From contig CAVQAH010000021.1 of assembly GCA_963710415.1 (NCBI GenBank), positions 105,167-169,166 on the forward strand: 64,000 nt of DNA, in the 5' to 3' direction. Shown one piece after another: positions 22,083 to 33,764 of this stretch. The notes below the pieces were generated by a model that searched no databases, was not told the DNA's origin, and worked only from the letters and a program-made list of their open reading frames with translations. Positions within the stretch are counted from its first letter, which is position 1. Every line of letters begins with the position of its first letter. The position numbers and the translations under genes were made by a program. This stretch comes from an uncultured Acidobacteriota bacterium (GTDB lineage: Bacteria > Acidobacteriota > Vicinamibacteria > Vicinamibacterales > 2-12-FULL-66-21).

Positions 22083-23610
22083 TCAACGCCCGGACGGCCG
22101 CCAAAAGCAAGCGTGCGGGGACGAGCGGCAACTAGGAGGCATGAAATACTGGGGAGTGGAAAACGCCGGACGCGTCACGCGGCCGAGACAGCCACGATCC
22201 AGTTCCTCGAAGTCACCGCGCTCCACGAAGCGGGTGACCGTCGTGTCGAGACATTCGAGACCCAGCAAACCGGCCCGGGAGTGGCCGCCGAAGGGAATCT
22301 CCAGGAGCCGGCTGTTCGACAGCGTTCGCGCCACCTCGGCGCCGTGCGCGGGCGGCGTCACCGGATCGAGCGTGCCGGAGAGGATGAGGACTGGCACGCT
22401 GGCGGTCACGGGCCGTCCGCGCCAGTCCGGCTCCGCGCCGCGCGGCCACTCCTTGCAGGCGGCGCGTTGCTCCCGAATCCGATAGGACCCGAGATACGTT
22501 GGCTCGTCGCGCGTCTCGGCACTGGCGGACACGAATGGCACGTCCTCCGCGCAGGTGATCGAGAGATAGAGCCCGTCGAACGTCCCGGACTCCCGATGGC
22601 GGATGAGGAACTCGGCGATCGGCGCGAAGTTGCCGCGCGCCGCGTCGTGGAGGAACCGTGGAACGTCTCCCGCGGACCGTGAGACGTACATCATGTAGCG
22701 GATGGTCTCGCCGACGTGATCGCGGGTCAGCGTCACCTGCGCCGCTCTGCCGCCATCCGGATGGGCGACGATCGCCGTGACCGATTCGCGTTTGAGCCGA
22801 TCGAAGACCGACTGCGTGTCGGCGCGGAGATTCGGGTACGCCGTTGCGCAGGCTGGTGTTCGTGCGCATTCGTCGAGCAGCGCATCGAGGCTCTGCTGCG
22901 CCAGGCAGGCCGAAATCTTCGGGCATGGGCACCGACGGCGGAACCGGACCATCGAGCACCACCGCGCGGACACGCCGTTCGTACTTCCGGACGTACTCCA
23001 TGGCGAGGCGGGTCCCATACGAACCGCCCATCAGGTTGATCGCGTCGAACGCGAGCGCCGCACGGATGTCCTCGAGGTCTTCGACCGATGCCGCAGTCGT
23101 GTACTGGGTCAGATCCGCGCGCACGGCCAGTTCGTCGCGACACGCACGCACCTTGTCGGGGGGCAGGAATTGCTGGAAATAGCTCTGCGGATCCGCGGGT
23201 GGACCATAGAAACGGCAGTCGAAGCCATTCGAGCGTCCTGTTCCCCGTTGATCCGCCAGCACGATGTCGCGCGTGCGGTGCAAACCGGAGCGAGCGGCCA
23301 TGCCTATCAGATCTCCGGCCGCCTGACCGGGCCCGCCGGCGAGGAAGAATACGGGATCTGCGGCGCGCCCGGCATCCGTTGCCGGCAGAATCAGGATATG
23401 GAGAGGGATCGTGCGGCCGCTGCGCGTCGCCCTGTTCTCGTAGACCGAGAGCGTGGCACAACGCGAGCCCGGCGGCACCGTTCCTTCGCAGGTGACGTCG
23501 ACGAGCGTGCCGGCCGGAGCGCCGTGGAGGGTCTCGGATCGGCAACCGCCACAGCCGACAGCGACCGCGAACAGGGTCGCCGCCGCACCGCCTCGCCACC
23601 TCCACCTCAT
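22083..23610 (-). CDS. Alpha/beta hydrolase, TAP-like (tripeptidyl aminopeptidase) exported protein; frameshift near 22910
   Basis: Motifs LAGGPGQ, DQRGTGRS, GGSYGT (nucleophile), VLDG, SGTLDPVTP and GGH. Confidence 0.85.
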
Positions 23611-23616
23611 CTGCGT

Positions 23617-24132
23617 CTACGGCTTCTGATGGGTCTTGATGTACTGCCGCGCAAACTCTTCGAGATGCGGCCCCTGTGTCAGCCCCACTTTCTTCGCCTC
23701 GACCAGCGCATCATCGAACGTCATGCCGTCGCGCAGCACCCGGCGGATCATCCAGAAGGCGCTCACGCGGATGGCCGCCGTGCAGTGAATGAACATGGGC
23801 CGGTTCGACGGATCGTCGGTGATCCGCAGGAATTCATCGGCGTTCGCATCGGTCGGGTTCTGGTAGTTCACGGGGATATTGAAATACTTGAGCCCGGCAG
23901 CTTTCACGGCCTCCTGCTCCTCGTCGGCACGATGCTCGCCCGGCTGACGAAGGTTCAGGACCGCCTTGACGCCGTCCGCCTTGAGCTTCGCAAAGTGCTC
24001 GACCCGCGGCTGACCGCCCGTGCAGAACTCGGGCGTGACCTGCATGAAATTTCGAATGTTGCCAGGGTCGGCCTGCCCGGCTGGCGTCTGGAAACCAAGA
24101 ATCCCGGAAACGAGGAGGAGGACTGTAAGCAT
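23617..24132 (-). CDS. DUF442/Blh-N-like (PTP-fold) exported protein, putative sulfurtransferase or phosphatase
   Basis: Motifs TGGQP, AVLNLR, YFNIPV and FIHCTAAIRV (Cys-x4-Arg loop); signal peptide. Confidence 0.75.
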   Translation of the reverse strand: MLTVLLLVSGILGFQTPAGQADPGNIRNFMQVTPEFCTGGQPRVEHFAKLKADGVKAVLNLRQPGEHRADEEQEAVKAAGLKYFNIPVNYQNPTDANADEFLRITDDPSNRPMFIHCTAAIRVSAFWMIRRVLRDGMTFDDALVEAKKVGLTQGPHLEEFARQYIKTHQKP

Positions 24133-24216
24133 GCCGTAACTATCCTTCCACTCCCCTGCCGCGTGCAACGGCGTTGTGACAGCCGGGTCGTCCCCGAGGT
24201 CCGGCCAGGCCCCCTA

Positions 24217-24271
24217 GGTCCGGCTAAAGCCGGACGCCGCGATGATCGGTCCGGCTTGAGCCGGACGCCAC
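24217..24271. repeat. Tandem pair of GTAG-type REPs
   Basis: GGTCCGGCTAAAGCCGGACGCCGC at 24217-24240 and GGTCCGGCTTGAGCCGGACGCCAC at 24248-24271. Confidence 0.88.
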
Positions 24272-24300
24272 AACTGACTCGCAGGGGTTACGATGGTACC

Positions 24301-25590
24301 GTGACCAAGCGGCTCGCAATACTCGTCGGCGGCGGTCCCGCCCCTGGCATCAACAGCGTCATCAGCGCCGCAACGATCCGGAGCCGGCTCGACGGCGTCG
24401 AGGTCGTCGGGATTCGCGATGGCTTCGAGTGGATCATGCACGGCGACATCGATCACGTGCAGCCGCTCGACATCGACCAGGTGAGCCGCATCCATTTCCG
24501 TGGCGGCTCGCACATCGGCATCTCCCGCGCGAACCCGACGCTCGATCCGGAGCACCTCGAGAACGCCGTCATCTCGCTGCTCAGGCTCAACGTCTCCACG
24601 CTCATCACGATTGGCGGTGACGACACGGCCTACTCGGCGATGAAGCTCGAGGAAAAGGCCGAGGGCCGCATCCATATCGCACACGTCCCGAAAACGATCG
24701 ACAACGATCTCGATCTGCCGCCGCACGTGGACACCTTCGGCTTCCAGACCGCGCGGCACAACGGTGTCGAGATCGTCAAGAACCTGATGGTGGACGCGAA
24801 GACGACCTCGCGGTGGTACTTCGTGATTGCCATGGGCCGCAAGGCCGGTCACCTGGCGCTCGGAATGGGCAAAGCGGCAGGCGCGACGCTCACGCTGATC
24901 CCCGAAGAGTGGGCCGGTCGATCGATCCGCCTCAAGGCCCTTGTCGACACGCTCGTCGGCGCCATCGTCAAACGCCTCAGCTACGGCAGACGTGACGGTG
25001 TCGCCGTCATTGCCGAGGGGCTCGTGCTCGATATCGACCCGGACGACCTCGCCCAACTCAACGACGTCGAACGGGACGCGCACGGCCACGTCCGCATCGC
25101 CGAGGTGAACATCGGGGAGATCCTCAAGTCGGAGGTCCAGAAACGTCTGCGCACGTTCGATCTCAAGACGACCATTGCCGCCAAGAACATCGGCTACGAG
25201 CTCCGCTGCGCCGACCCGATTCCGATGGACATGGAATACACGCGGGACCTGGGCTACTGCGCGGCCAAGTACTTGCTCGCAGGCGGCAACGCCGCCATGA
25301 TCTCCATGCAGGCCGGCCACTTCGTCCCGATCCCGTTCAAGGAAATGATCGACGGCCAGACCGGGCGCACACGGCTGCGACTGGTGGACATCAACTCCAC
25401 ACGCTACGCGATTGCCCGCCGCTACATGATCAGGCTGCGCCGTGACGACTTCGAGGATCCTCACGAGCTGGCCAAGTTCGCCGCGACCCTCGGCCTCTCA
25501 CTCGAGGAGTTCCGTCGCGAATTCGAATACCTGATCGAGCTCGAACCACCTCCGCTCGACGTTGTCTTTGAACGCAGTCTGGCACCCTAG
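24301..25590 (+). CDS. pfp: Pyrophosphate-dependent phosphofructokinase
   Basis: GTG start; motifs GGGPAPGIN, IGGDDT (GGDD marks the PPi type), PKTIDND, MGR and GYELRC. Confidence 0.92.
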   Translation: MTKRLAILVGGGPAPGINSVISAATIRSRLDGVEVVGIRDGFEWIMHGDIDHVQPLDIDQVSRIHFRGGSHIGISRANPTLDPEHLENAVISLLRLNVSTLITIGGDDTAYSAMKLEEKAEGRIHIAHVPKTIDNDLDLPPHVDTFGFQTARHNGVEIVKNLMVDAKTTSRWYFVIAMGRKAGHLALGMGKAAGATLTLIPEEWAGRSIRLKALVDTLVGAIVKRLSYGRRDGVAVIAEGLVLDIDPDDLAQLNDVERDAHGHVRIAEVNIGEILKSEVQKRLRTFDLKTTIAAKNIGYELRCADPIPMDMEYTRDLGYCAAKYLLAGGNAAMISMQAGHFVPIPFKEMIDGQTGRTRLRLVDINSTRYAIARRYMIRLRRDDFEDPHELAKFAATLGLSLEEFRREFEYLIELEPPPLDVVFERSLAP

Positions 25591-25597
25591 CACCCTT

Positions 25598-26596
25598 ATG
25601 CTTCTTGAAAACCGGCCCGCCACGAGATCCCGGCGGTGGACGTCCTCCGCCATGCTGCCCGCAGTCGTGGCGCTTTCGATCGGCTTCATCACGGTCAACG
25701 GCGCCGCTCACCAGCAGATTTCGTCTGCCGCACCGAGTCACACGCAGGTCGTGCTGCTGGGCACCGGCAACCCTCCTGCCGATCCTGACCGTTCAGGGCC
25801 AGCGACAGCTGTCGTCGTGAACGACACGCCGTACCTCGTGGACATGGGCGCCGGGGTCGTGCGCCGGGCGAAATCAGCCCTCGTCGATAAGGGCGTGGCC
25901 GGGCTGGACCCAGTGAAACTACGCGTAGTCTTCGTCACGCACCTCCATTCCGACCATACCGTCGGCTACCCGGACCTGATGCTGACGCCGTGGGTAATCG
26001 GACGACGCGTTCCTCTCGAAGTGTACGGGCCCAGCGGGATCAAGGCGATGACCGAGCACCTGCTCGAGGCGTACCGTTCGGACTTCGAGACGCGAAAACG
26101 GGACCGTGAGTTGTACACAGTGGGCGCATTTCCCGAGGGCCACGCGGTGAACGCCTACGAGATCCGCCCGGGTGTCGTCTACAAGGACTCCAACGTCACC
26201 GTGACGGCCTTCGCGACGAAGCACGCGATGGAGAGTTACGGATATCGGTTCGACACGCCCGACCGCAGCATTGTCATCTCAGGTGATACCAACCCCACGC
26301 AGGCGACGATCGACGCGTGCCGCGGGTGCGATGTTTTGATTCATGAGGTCCTGACGCAGGAGTGGCTGGCAAAGCGTGCGGACTTTCAGGGTTATGCGGC
26401 GCAGCATCACACAACGACCACGCAACTCGTCGAGTTAGCGGCCAAGGCAAAGCCGGGGCTGTTGATTCTCTACCACGCCTCGCTATCTCTCCGGCCAGCC
26501 GTCGATTCCGAACGGTCGACGCCTGCGACCCTGCTCCGTGAAATGTCGCCGTACGCGGGACGTGTCGTGATCGGACGCGATCTGGACGTCTATTGA
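25598..26596 (+). CDS. MBL-fold hydrolase, RNase Z/arylsulfatase-like, exported
   Basis: Motifs LLGTG, LVDMG, FVTHLHSDH, SGDT, DVLIHE and LILYH; alternative start at 25652. Confidence 0.85.
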   Translation: MLLENRPATRSRRWTSSAMLPAVVALSIGFITVNGAAHQQISSAAPSHTQVVLLGTGNPPADPDRSGPATAVVVNDTPYLVDMGAGVVRRAKSALVDKGVAGLDPVKLRVVFVTHLHSDHTVGYPDLMLTPWVIGRRVPLEVYGPSGIKAMTEHLLEAYRSDFETRKRDRELYTVGAFPEGHAVNAYEIRPGVVYKDSNVTVTAFATKHAMESYGYRFDTPDRSIVISGDTNPTQATIDACRGCDVLIHEVLTQEWLAKRADFQGYAAQHHTTTTQLVELAAKAKPGLLILYHASLSLRPAVDSERSTPATLLREMSPYAGRVVIGRDLDVY

Positions 26597-26610
26597 CCGT
26601 GACCAGTAGT

Positions 26611-26672
26611 GGGGTCAGACCCGTGAGGTCAGACACTGGTGTCAGACCCCACTCCGACCCCGGTCTGACCCC
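26611..26672. repeat. GGGGTCAGAC / GTCTGACCCC REP-like cluster between convergent genes
   Basis: GTCAGAC occurs three times in direct orientation, followed by GGTCTGACCCC inverted; abuts the TAG of the permease. Confidence 0.8.
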
Positions 26673-29136
26673 TACTCCGCGCGCAGGGCGCGGACGGGGT
26701 CGAGACGCATGGCGCGCCGGGCGGGGACATAGCTGGCGACGAGCGCGACGAGCTGCGATCACGGCAGGCACGATGACGAACGTCAGCGGGTCGGTGGGAG
26801 TGACGCCGAAGAGCAGCGTGTTCATTGCGCGTGTGAGCAGCCACGCGCCGCCGAGGCCGAGGGCTGCGCCGGCGACGGCGAGACCGACCCCCTGACCGAC
26901 GATCAGCCGCAACACTCGCCCCGGCTGCGCGCCGAGCGCCATCCGGATGCCGATCTCGCGGCGGCGTTGCTCGACGGCATAGCTGAGCACGCCGTGGATG
27001 CCGATCGCCGCGAGGAGCAACGCCACACCAGCCAGCAAGCCAAGGACGAGCATGGTGAAGCGCCGTTCGGAGACCGACCGGGAGACAGTCTCCGTGAGTG
27101 GCTCGAGACCGAACACCGCAAGCGCTGAGTCCTGCTCCCGAATCACGCTGCGAATGCTGGAGGCGAGCGCAGCCGGATCACCCGAGGTTCGAAGAAGCAC
27201 GACACCGTTGACCGACGGCGCCTGCGTGTGCGGCGCATAGACGGCGATCGGCGGCGCTTCGGCGATCCCGTGGAAGCGCTCGTTGCCGACGATCCCGACG
27301 ATCGTGCGGCGCGCGCCCCAGAACGCGATCTGCTTTCCGAGAGGCTCCTGGGATGCGAAGAACCGCTGCGCCGCAGCTTCGTTGATCACGATCACCGGCT
27401 GCGAATCTGTCGTATCGGACTGCTGCAGCAGCCGGCCGCGCACCAGCGGAAGGCTGACGGTCCGGAAGTACGTGTCGCTCACCCGCCTGATCGAAATCTC
27501 GGGCCATGTTCGCGCCTCTGCTTCGCGTCCGACGACGACGAAGGAGTTCGTGAACCCGGGGTCGAGCGGATGATGGCCGGCGATCGCCGCGGATTCCACA
27601 CCCGGCAGCGCGGACGCCCGGCGAAGGACGCCGTCTGCGAACGCATGGACCTCGTTGAAGTGTGGCCATTTCGAAAAGTCGGCGGGATACCGCGCTTGCG
27701 GAAGCTGATACTCGGCTTTGAGAATTCCGGCGGCCTTGAACCCTGGATCGACCTGCTGCAGGCGCCAGAAGCTGCGAATCAGGAGCGACGCGCCAATGAC
27801 GAGCATCACGGCCAGCGCCGACTCGGCGACGACCAGCGCGGAGCGCAGGCGGCCACGTTCTTTGCCGTCGGACCCACCGTGCCCGCCTTCCTTGAGATTG
27901 CCCTGCAGGTCGAACCTGAACGCCTGCAACAGCGGCACGAGACCGAAGACCGTGCCGGCGAGGAGCGAGACGGCCAGCATGATCGCGAGGACCCGCAGGT
28001 CCACCGACGCGTCGGCGATACGAGGAACGTCGGCTGGCGCGAGCCCGACGAGGCCGCGAAGAGCGAGCACCGCGACGCCCGCGCCAAGCGCGGCCGCCAT
28101 CAGCGCGAGCAGCACGCCTTCGGCGATGAACTGGCGCGCCAGTTTCGACATTCCTGCCCCCAGCGCGAGTCGCACCGCCACCTCGCGCCGCCTGGCGCTT
28201 CCGCGCACGAGCAGAAGATTGGCAACGTTGACGCACGCGACGAGCAGCACGAGCCCCACTGCCGCGAGCAGCACCAGCAATGCCGGCCGCACGGGGCCGA
28301 ACACCACCGACGACAGCGGCTCGACGAAGATTCCTCGGGCAGCGTTCTCACGAAACGCCCGCTCGAGATCGGCCGAAATCGACGCGAGCTCCGTTTGCGC
28401 AGACGCGACGTCCGCGCGCAGGCGCCCGACCATGATGATCGGATGCGTCGAGCGCGGCATCGTCTGGGCGCTCTCCTGGAACGGCAGCCAGATGTCCACG
28501 CCGGCTCGCGCACCACGATCCGCGAACGAGCGGGAATAGTCGGCGGCCGAGAGGATCTGAAACACGCCAAACTCTGCGCTGTGCGGCATGATGCCGACGA
28601 TGGTGTAGGGGGCGTCGTTCAACATCAAGGGTGCGTCCGATGGCGGCCGGGTCGCGGGCGAGCGCTCGCGTCCAGAAGGCTTCGCCAATGACCACCACGC
28701 GCGACCCGCCGGGAGCCGTTTCCTTTGCGTCGAAGCCTCGTCCGGCGAGCGGGCTGATGCCAAGCAGCGGCAGCAGATCGTGGGTCGCCTCGAGCGCTTG
28801 CAGCCGGATCGGCTCACCCTGTGCGGGAGCGAAGTTGACTTCCGAGCCCATGAACGCGGCGATCTGTTCGACCTGCTGGGCGCGCTGCTTGTAGTCGAGA
28901 TAATCGGGCAACGACCCCGGCTCGCGCGTCGTCCCGGAATTCCGATCGGTCTCCCAGATGACCGCAACGTGGTCGATGTCGCGAACGGGCGCCGCACGCA
29001 ACAGCACCGTGTCGATCACGCTGAAGATGGCTGTGTTGGCGCCTACTCCAATCGCGAGCGTCAGCAGTGCAACAATCGTGAAGGCGGGCGCGCGGCCGAG
29101 CGCACGTGCGGCAAGGCGGAAGTCGTGGCTCCACAT
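26672..29136 (-). CDS. MacB/FtsX-type duplicated ABC permease (ADOP-like); frameshifts near 28635 and 26750
   Basis: MWSHDFRLAARAL...TLAIGVGANTAIFS, LLVACVNVANLLL, RRREVAVRLALGA and RRREIGIRMALGA; ends ALRAE*. Confidence 0.9.
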
Positions 29137-29429
29137 GCGGAACGCTCCTGTCGTTTGCCTGAAACCCCGCTTCGCGGGGCGGCCGTCTTGGATGAGGACG
29201 CTTGCTTCGGAGTCTGGGCAAGTTCCCGCAGTGAAGACGGCTAATGCTAGAAACCTAGCATCTTGGACGGTACGCCGCTCTGGAAGGTTTGAACGCCGGC
29301 CCGAACGACAGTCCAACGCCCAATCGGCCTCTCCGGCAAACACCCGAATGTGAGATCACGTTTGACGTGCGACGGAACGTCACGGCATCAATCGATGCAC
29401 TGACTCCGCACGTTCTTCCGAAATCGACT

Positions 29430-30209
29430 CGATTCTTCAAATCGAGTTTCATTCTCAACCGTTCGCGGGAAATCCGGCAGCGGTCTGCATCCTTGGCGCG
29501 CAGGTCGACGGCGCGTGGATGCAGCGCGTTGCGCGCGAAATGAACCTGTCCGAGACGGCGTTCCTTCGTCGTCAGGAAGAGGGGTTCGAGCTGCGCTGGT
29601 TCACTCCGGCTGTCGAGGTGGACCTGTGCGGACATGCGACGCTCGCCAGCGCGCATGCGCTGTGGGAACTCGGCCACCTGCGTGGAGACGAGATGGCGCG
29701 ATTCCATACGCGCAGCGGGCTGCTGACCGCCGAACGGCGCAATGACTGGATTGAGCTCGACTTTCCTGCAACGCCACCCGTCGAGGCGCCCCCGCCTCCC
29801 GGCCTGCTGGCGGCGATTGGCGTCTCGCCCGACATACGTCGGGCGCAGCCGTTTCGACTACATCCTCGAAGTCGACAATGAGACGGTCGTGCGCGACGTG
29901 CGGCCGGACTTCGCGGCGCTTCGCGGCGTCGAAACCCGGGGTGTCATCGTCACCAGCCGGTCCTCGACACCCGAGCGGGATTTCGTGTCCCGCTTCTTCG
30001 CGCCCGCCTCCGGCGTGGACGAGGACCCCGTGACCGGATCGGCGCACTGCTGCCTCACGCCGTTCTGGAGCGCCCGCCTGAAGAAGGACGCGATGGTTGC
30101 ACACCAGATCTCAGCAAGGGGCGGCATTCTGAGGGTTCGAATCGAGGGCGCGCGCGTCCGGCTTTCGGGTCAGGCCGTGACCGTACTTCGCGGCGAACTG
30201 CTGGCGTAA
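29430..30209 (+). CDS. PhzF family isomerase; start codon not resolved, 1 frameshift near 29800
   Basis: Motifs QPFAGNPAAVC, AREMNLSETAF, RWFTPAVEVDLCGHATLA and SRFFAP...EDPVTGSAHC. Confidence 0.85.
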
Positions 30210-30218
30210 ACTCAAGAC

Positions 30219-30711
30219 ATGGTCACTCGACGCTCGCGCGCCGACGAGGCTGAAGCCGTAGCGGCGCTCATCACGCTGGCATATCGAGTCGAAGCGTTCT
30301 TCGTCACCGGCGATCGCACCGACGCGACAGACGTTCGCAGCGCGAATGCAGCGCGGTGAATTCCTCGTGGTCGAGGATCCTCCCGGCGTGCTGGCTGGTT
30401 GTGTCTACGTCGAACTGCGCAGCGGTCGTGGGTACTTCGGCATGCTCTCGGTCGATCCCGCTCGTCAGGGTCATGGCCTCGGCCGGACCCTCGTCGCAGC
30501 AGCGGAAGCACGCTGCCAGGCCGCCGGCTGCGACGAAATGGAAATCGAAGTCGTCAATCTCAGAACGGAACTGCCGCCGTTCTACCGTCGGCTTGGCTAT
30601 GCGGAAGGCGGCACGCGTCCGTTTCCATCGGACGAGCGCGTGACGCAACCGTGTCATTTCATCGTGATGAACAAACCGCTGGCGTCGGTGACGCAATCAT
30701 CGTCCGACTAA
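30219..30711 (+). CDS. GNAT N-acetyltransferase; frameshift near 30343
   Basis: Motifs GMLSVDPARQGHGLGR and FYRRLGY. Confidence 0.82.
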
Positions 30712-30757
30712 TCCACTTGTCCAGCTCAACCGCGCATTGACGCTTCTGCAATACGAC

Positions 30758-31060
30758 ATGCCGTGGCGGATCGTCCAAACTTCACGACGCATCCCTGCCA
30801 GTTACGAAAAACGTGCGGCAAATTCTCCGGTGAGTGATGGCCGCGAGTTTGCAATAAGGATCGGCATGGGTGCACGACGAGTTCTCGATCGACAGGCCGG
30901 TCAGGTTCCAGAAATCCGCGTGGAAGGCGACAACGTCACGTTCTGCCTCGACATCGCGGGCACGGGAAAATCGCGACGTCTTGTGCTTCGCTGCGACGCC
31001 GAGGGAAATGTCTGGGCATCGGTGGCGGAGCAGAACACTGGCGCGCGACGCAAGAACTAG
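30758..31060 (+). CDS. Small hypothetical protein (about 100 aa)
   Basis: Co-oriented ORF filling the gap between two GNAT genes, with a protein-like composition; no motif recognised. Confidence 0.5.
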   Translation: MPWRIVQTSRRIPASYEKRAANSPVSDGREFAIRIGMGARRVLDRQAGQVPEIRVEGDNVTFCLDIAGTGKSRRLVLRCDAEGNVWASVAEQNTGARRKN

Positions 31061-31165
31061 AGCCAACCTCACTGCCGATCTCATTTCTGGCCCCCTCGGC
31101 AATCTTCCCGGGGCCAGAACAAAACTCCTCACGACCAGAACACGCGACTCTCAGGGGTAGAATCC

Positions 31166-32109
31166 ATGCAGGAGACACCCCCTGACGTCACTCTTCGCCA
31201 CCGCTTCACTCGCACAGCGCATCGAGCGCGCTGAACGCCAGCTGATTGCCGAAGGCGCGTCGGCTGCCAACGCTCGGCTCGAGCGAGCCGCTCTGGTCGC
31301 TCCGATCGCCGGAGGCGCGGCGGTATTCGTCGAGCCCGGATCGCCGTTCAACAAAGTCGCCGGTCTCGGCTTCGATGGCGTGCCTGAGGACGGTGCGCTC
31401 GACGAGCTCGAGCGCCAGTTCGACGAGCGCGAGTGTCCGATTCAGGTCGAACTCGCGTCGCTCGCCGATCCCGCGATCGCCAAGCGACCTCACAGGCCGC
31501 GGTTACGAGCTCATCGGCTTCGAGAACGTGCTGGGGCTGCCGCTGGCGCAGGACGTCATCGACAGCCTGCCGCAAGGCCCGCCCGACCGATCGGTCGTCG
31601 TCCTGCGCGCGGGCCCCGCTGAGGCTGACGGCTGGATGCACGCGGTCACGACCGGGTTCCTCCACCCGGACACGTTCGATGGGCCGGCCAGTCACGAGTC
31701 GTACGAGCGGGAGTTGCTCGAGCGGATCTTCGCCGACATGAATGCGGTGCCGACCTACGAGCGGTACATCGCTCAGCGTGACGGCGTCCTCGCCGGCGGC
31801 GCCAGCCTGCGAATCGATGAGGGTATCGCTCAGCTCTGCGGCGCGGCCACGCTGCCCGAACACCGGCGGCACGGCGTGCAGACAGCGCTGCTGCATCACC
31901 GCCTCGTCAAGGCCTCGCGCCGCGGCTGCGATGTCGCCGTCGTCACGACGCAACCCGGATCGAAATCACAACAGAATGTGCAGCGGTTCGGTTTCGCGCT
32001 GCTCTACGCGCGCGCGATTCTTGTGCGGCCTGTCGGGGGTGGGAAAGAAACGCGTCAATTCCCAACTTCCAACTCCCAACTCCCAAAGGACTCAGAGTCG
32101 ACGGCCTGA
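31166..32109 (+). CDS. GNAT N-acetyltransferase; frameshifts near 31180 and 31493
   Basis: Motifs LAQRIERAE, PGSPFNKVAGLG, GAATLPEHRRHGVQ and TTQPGSKSQQNVQRFGF. Confidence 0.8.
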
Positions 32110-32373
32110 GAACTCATTGGGAGGATTCATGAATCTCCGCTCACCCGTCGGATGAAAATGGGGAGGTTCCTGGGCCTGGAGTGTGACGGTGCTGACGGAT
32201 GTGGCAACGATCACGAAGCGCCGCGACGTGCGCGACGTCAATATGTTTGGTGTCGTGGTCGTCGTGGTCGTCGCGATCGTTTCCGAGAATTCGCCAGGCC
32301 GTCGTCAGGTATCGACAGCGAACAAGCTGTGGTATTCAATTTCTGGGCAGTTTGGAGTTGGAGGTTGGGAGTT
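32056..32373. repeat. About 320-bp structured element bounded by inverted CAACTCC-type heptamer tracts
   Basis: Left tract at 32056-32086, complementary tract at 32344-32373; nested inverted repeat CGACGGCCTG 32099-32108 / CAGGCCGTCG 32295-32304. Confidence 0.65.
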
Positions 32374-32981
32374 AGCTCTGTCCTCTCTCGACAGGAAATC
32401 CCCGCTCGTTCCAATCGACCATTCCGCCAACGACGAGCCTGACGTCGCGGTCGTGACGGCGAAGAATCGAGGCGACGAGCGAGCTGCGGACTTCATCCCC
32501 ACAAATGACCGCCAGCGCGCCGTCCGGAGCGTCGCCGGCACGGGACCACGCTTCGGTCCAGGACAGCCACGAGGCACCCGGCACGTGTGCGTGCTTGAAC
32601 TCGAAGCGATCGCGCGCGTCGACAGTCACGAGTGAGGTACCGGCCTCTTTGAGGTCGTCGACGCTGATGACGGTGATCGTCCCGGTCGGCAACCCCGCGG
32701 CACGCCAGCCCGCCAGGCCACCCTCGAGATGTCCAAGGACGGTGAAGCCCGGCATCGCGCATCAGATCGACGGCGACTTTTGCGATCGCCTCAGGCTCGG
32801 CATGAACGATGTACTGCGGCTCGCGCGAGAGCGCCATGTCCGCACGATCGACGAGATCCGCACGGTTGAATTGCAGGTTCACGGCGCCGGGGACGTGGGC
32901 TTTCGCAAAAACCCGAGGCAATCGCATGTCGAGAAGGACCGCACCGGACTGTTGCGCCGCGGCGACCTCGAGCGGCGTCAT
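32372..32981 (-). CDS. Tandem rhodanese-domain protein (Cys-less first domain + Cys-containing second domain); frameshift near 32757
   Basis: Domain 1: LLDMR...AHVPGA...LEGGLAGW. Domain 2: VDAR...AHVPGA...VICGDEVRS...GGMVDW. Confidence 0.82.
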
Positions 32982-33764
32982 ACGGCCGCCTTCGCCTCGG
33001 CGGTCAGGCCCAGGTTACGTGACTTGATCCCAGCGTAGTTGCCTGGGAACGGTTTGGCGGTTTCCTTGACGAATCGCGCGAACGCCTCGGCATCGGGCTG
33101 CTGCATCGCCTGGTTGAAGCGCTTCTCGAAGTAGATCGTCGACGCTACCTTGCCACTCATGTTGATGCCGCCGCACGCCGAACCGCCGTAGTGTCCCGGG
33201 TAGACCTCGACGTGCTCCGGCAGGGTGAATAGCCTCGTCTTGATCGACTCGGTACTGCAGCCGGGCGCGCTCCGCTTCGTCCAGCACGTCGAGCGCCTGA
33301 TCGCCGATGAGCAAATCCGGGCGCCCCACGTCGCCAACGAAGAGTGAGTCACCCGTCAGGACGAACCATGGCTCGGCGCCGCGCGCGCGATCGGTGACGA
33401 CGAACGAGGCATGCTCGGGCGTGTGGCCAGGCGTCGCCAGTACCTGCACATGGACCTGACCGAGCTTCAGCAGCTGTCCGTCCTCGAGCGGAGTGAACGC
33501 GTACTTCACTGGGGCGGTGTGGAACAGGCAGTGCTCGGCACCCATGGCCTCCGCAAGCTCCCGGGCGCACGAGATGAAGTCAGCATGGATATGCGTCTCG
33601 AGCACATGCGTGACCGCCAGCCCGCGGTCGGCCGCCTCGATCACGTAATGATCGACGCCGAGGTCGGCAATCGGATCGACGACGAGCGCCTCCTTCGAGC
33701 GAGCGCACCCGACCAGGTACGACGCCTGACCGAGCTTCTCGAAGCGAAACTGCCTGAAGATCAC
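32978..33764 (-). CDS. Persulfide dioxygenase-type MBL-fold protein (CstB/Blh-like); frameshift near 33255
   Basis: Motifs ASYLVG, VDP, ETHIHADF, TPGHTPEH, TGDSLFVGDVGRPD, YPGHYGGSACG and EKRFN. Confidence 0.85.

Noticed and set aside
22777..25590. 937-aa ORF suggesting a large Pfp fusion
   Set aside because: The N-terminal part is antisense to two real minus-strand genes and crosses REPs; Pfp homology starts at GTG 24301.
26274..26672. C-terminal extension of the 907-aa permease ORF
   Set aside because: It results from a frameshift near 26750; the family-typical end ALRAE* is at 26672.
29400..29520. PhzF gene as a 5'-truncated pseudogene
   Set aside because: The start codon is not resolvable, but the catalytic motifs are intact and the local error rate is high, so decay cannot be told from sequencing error.
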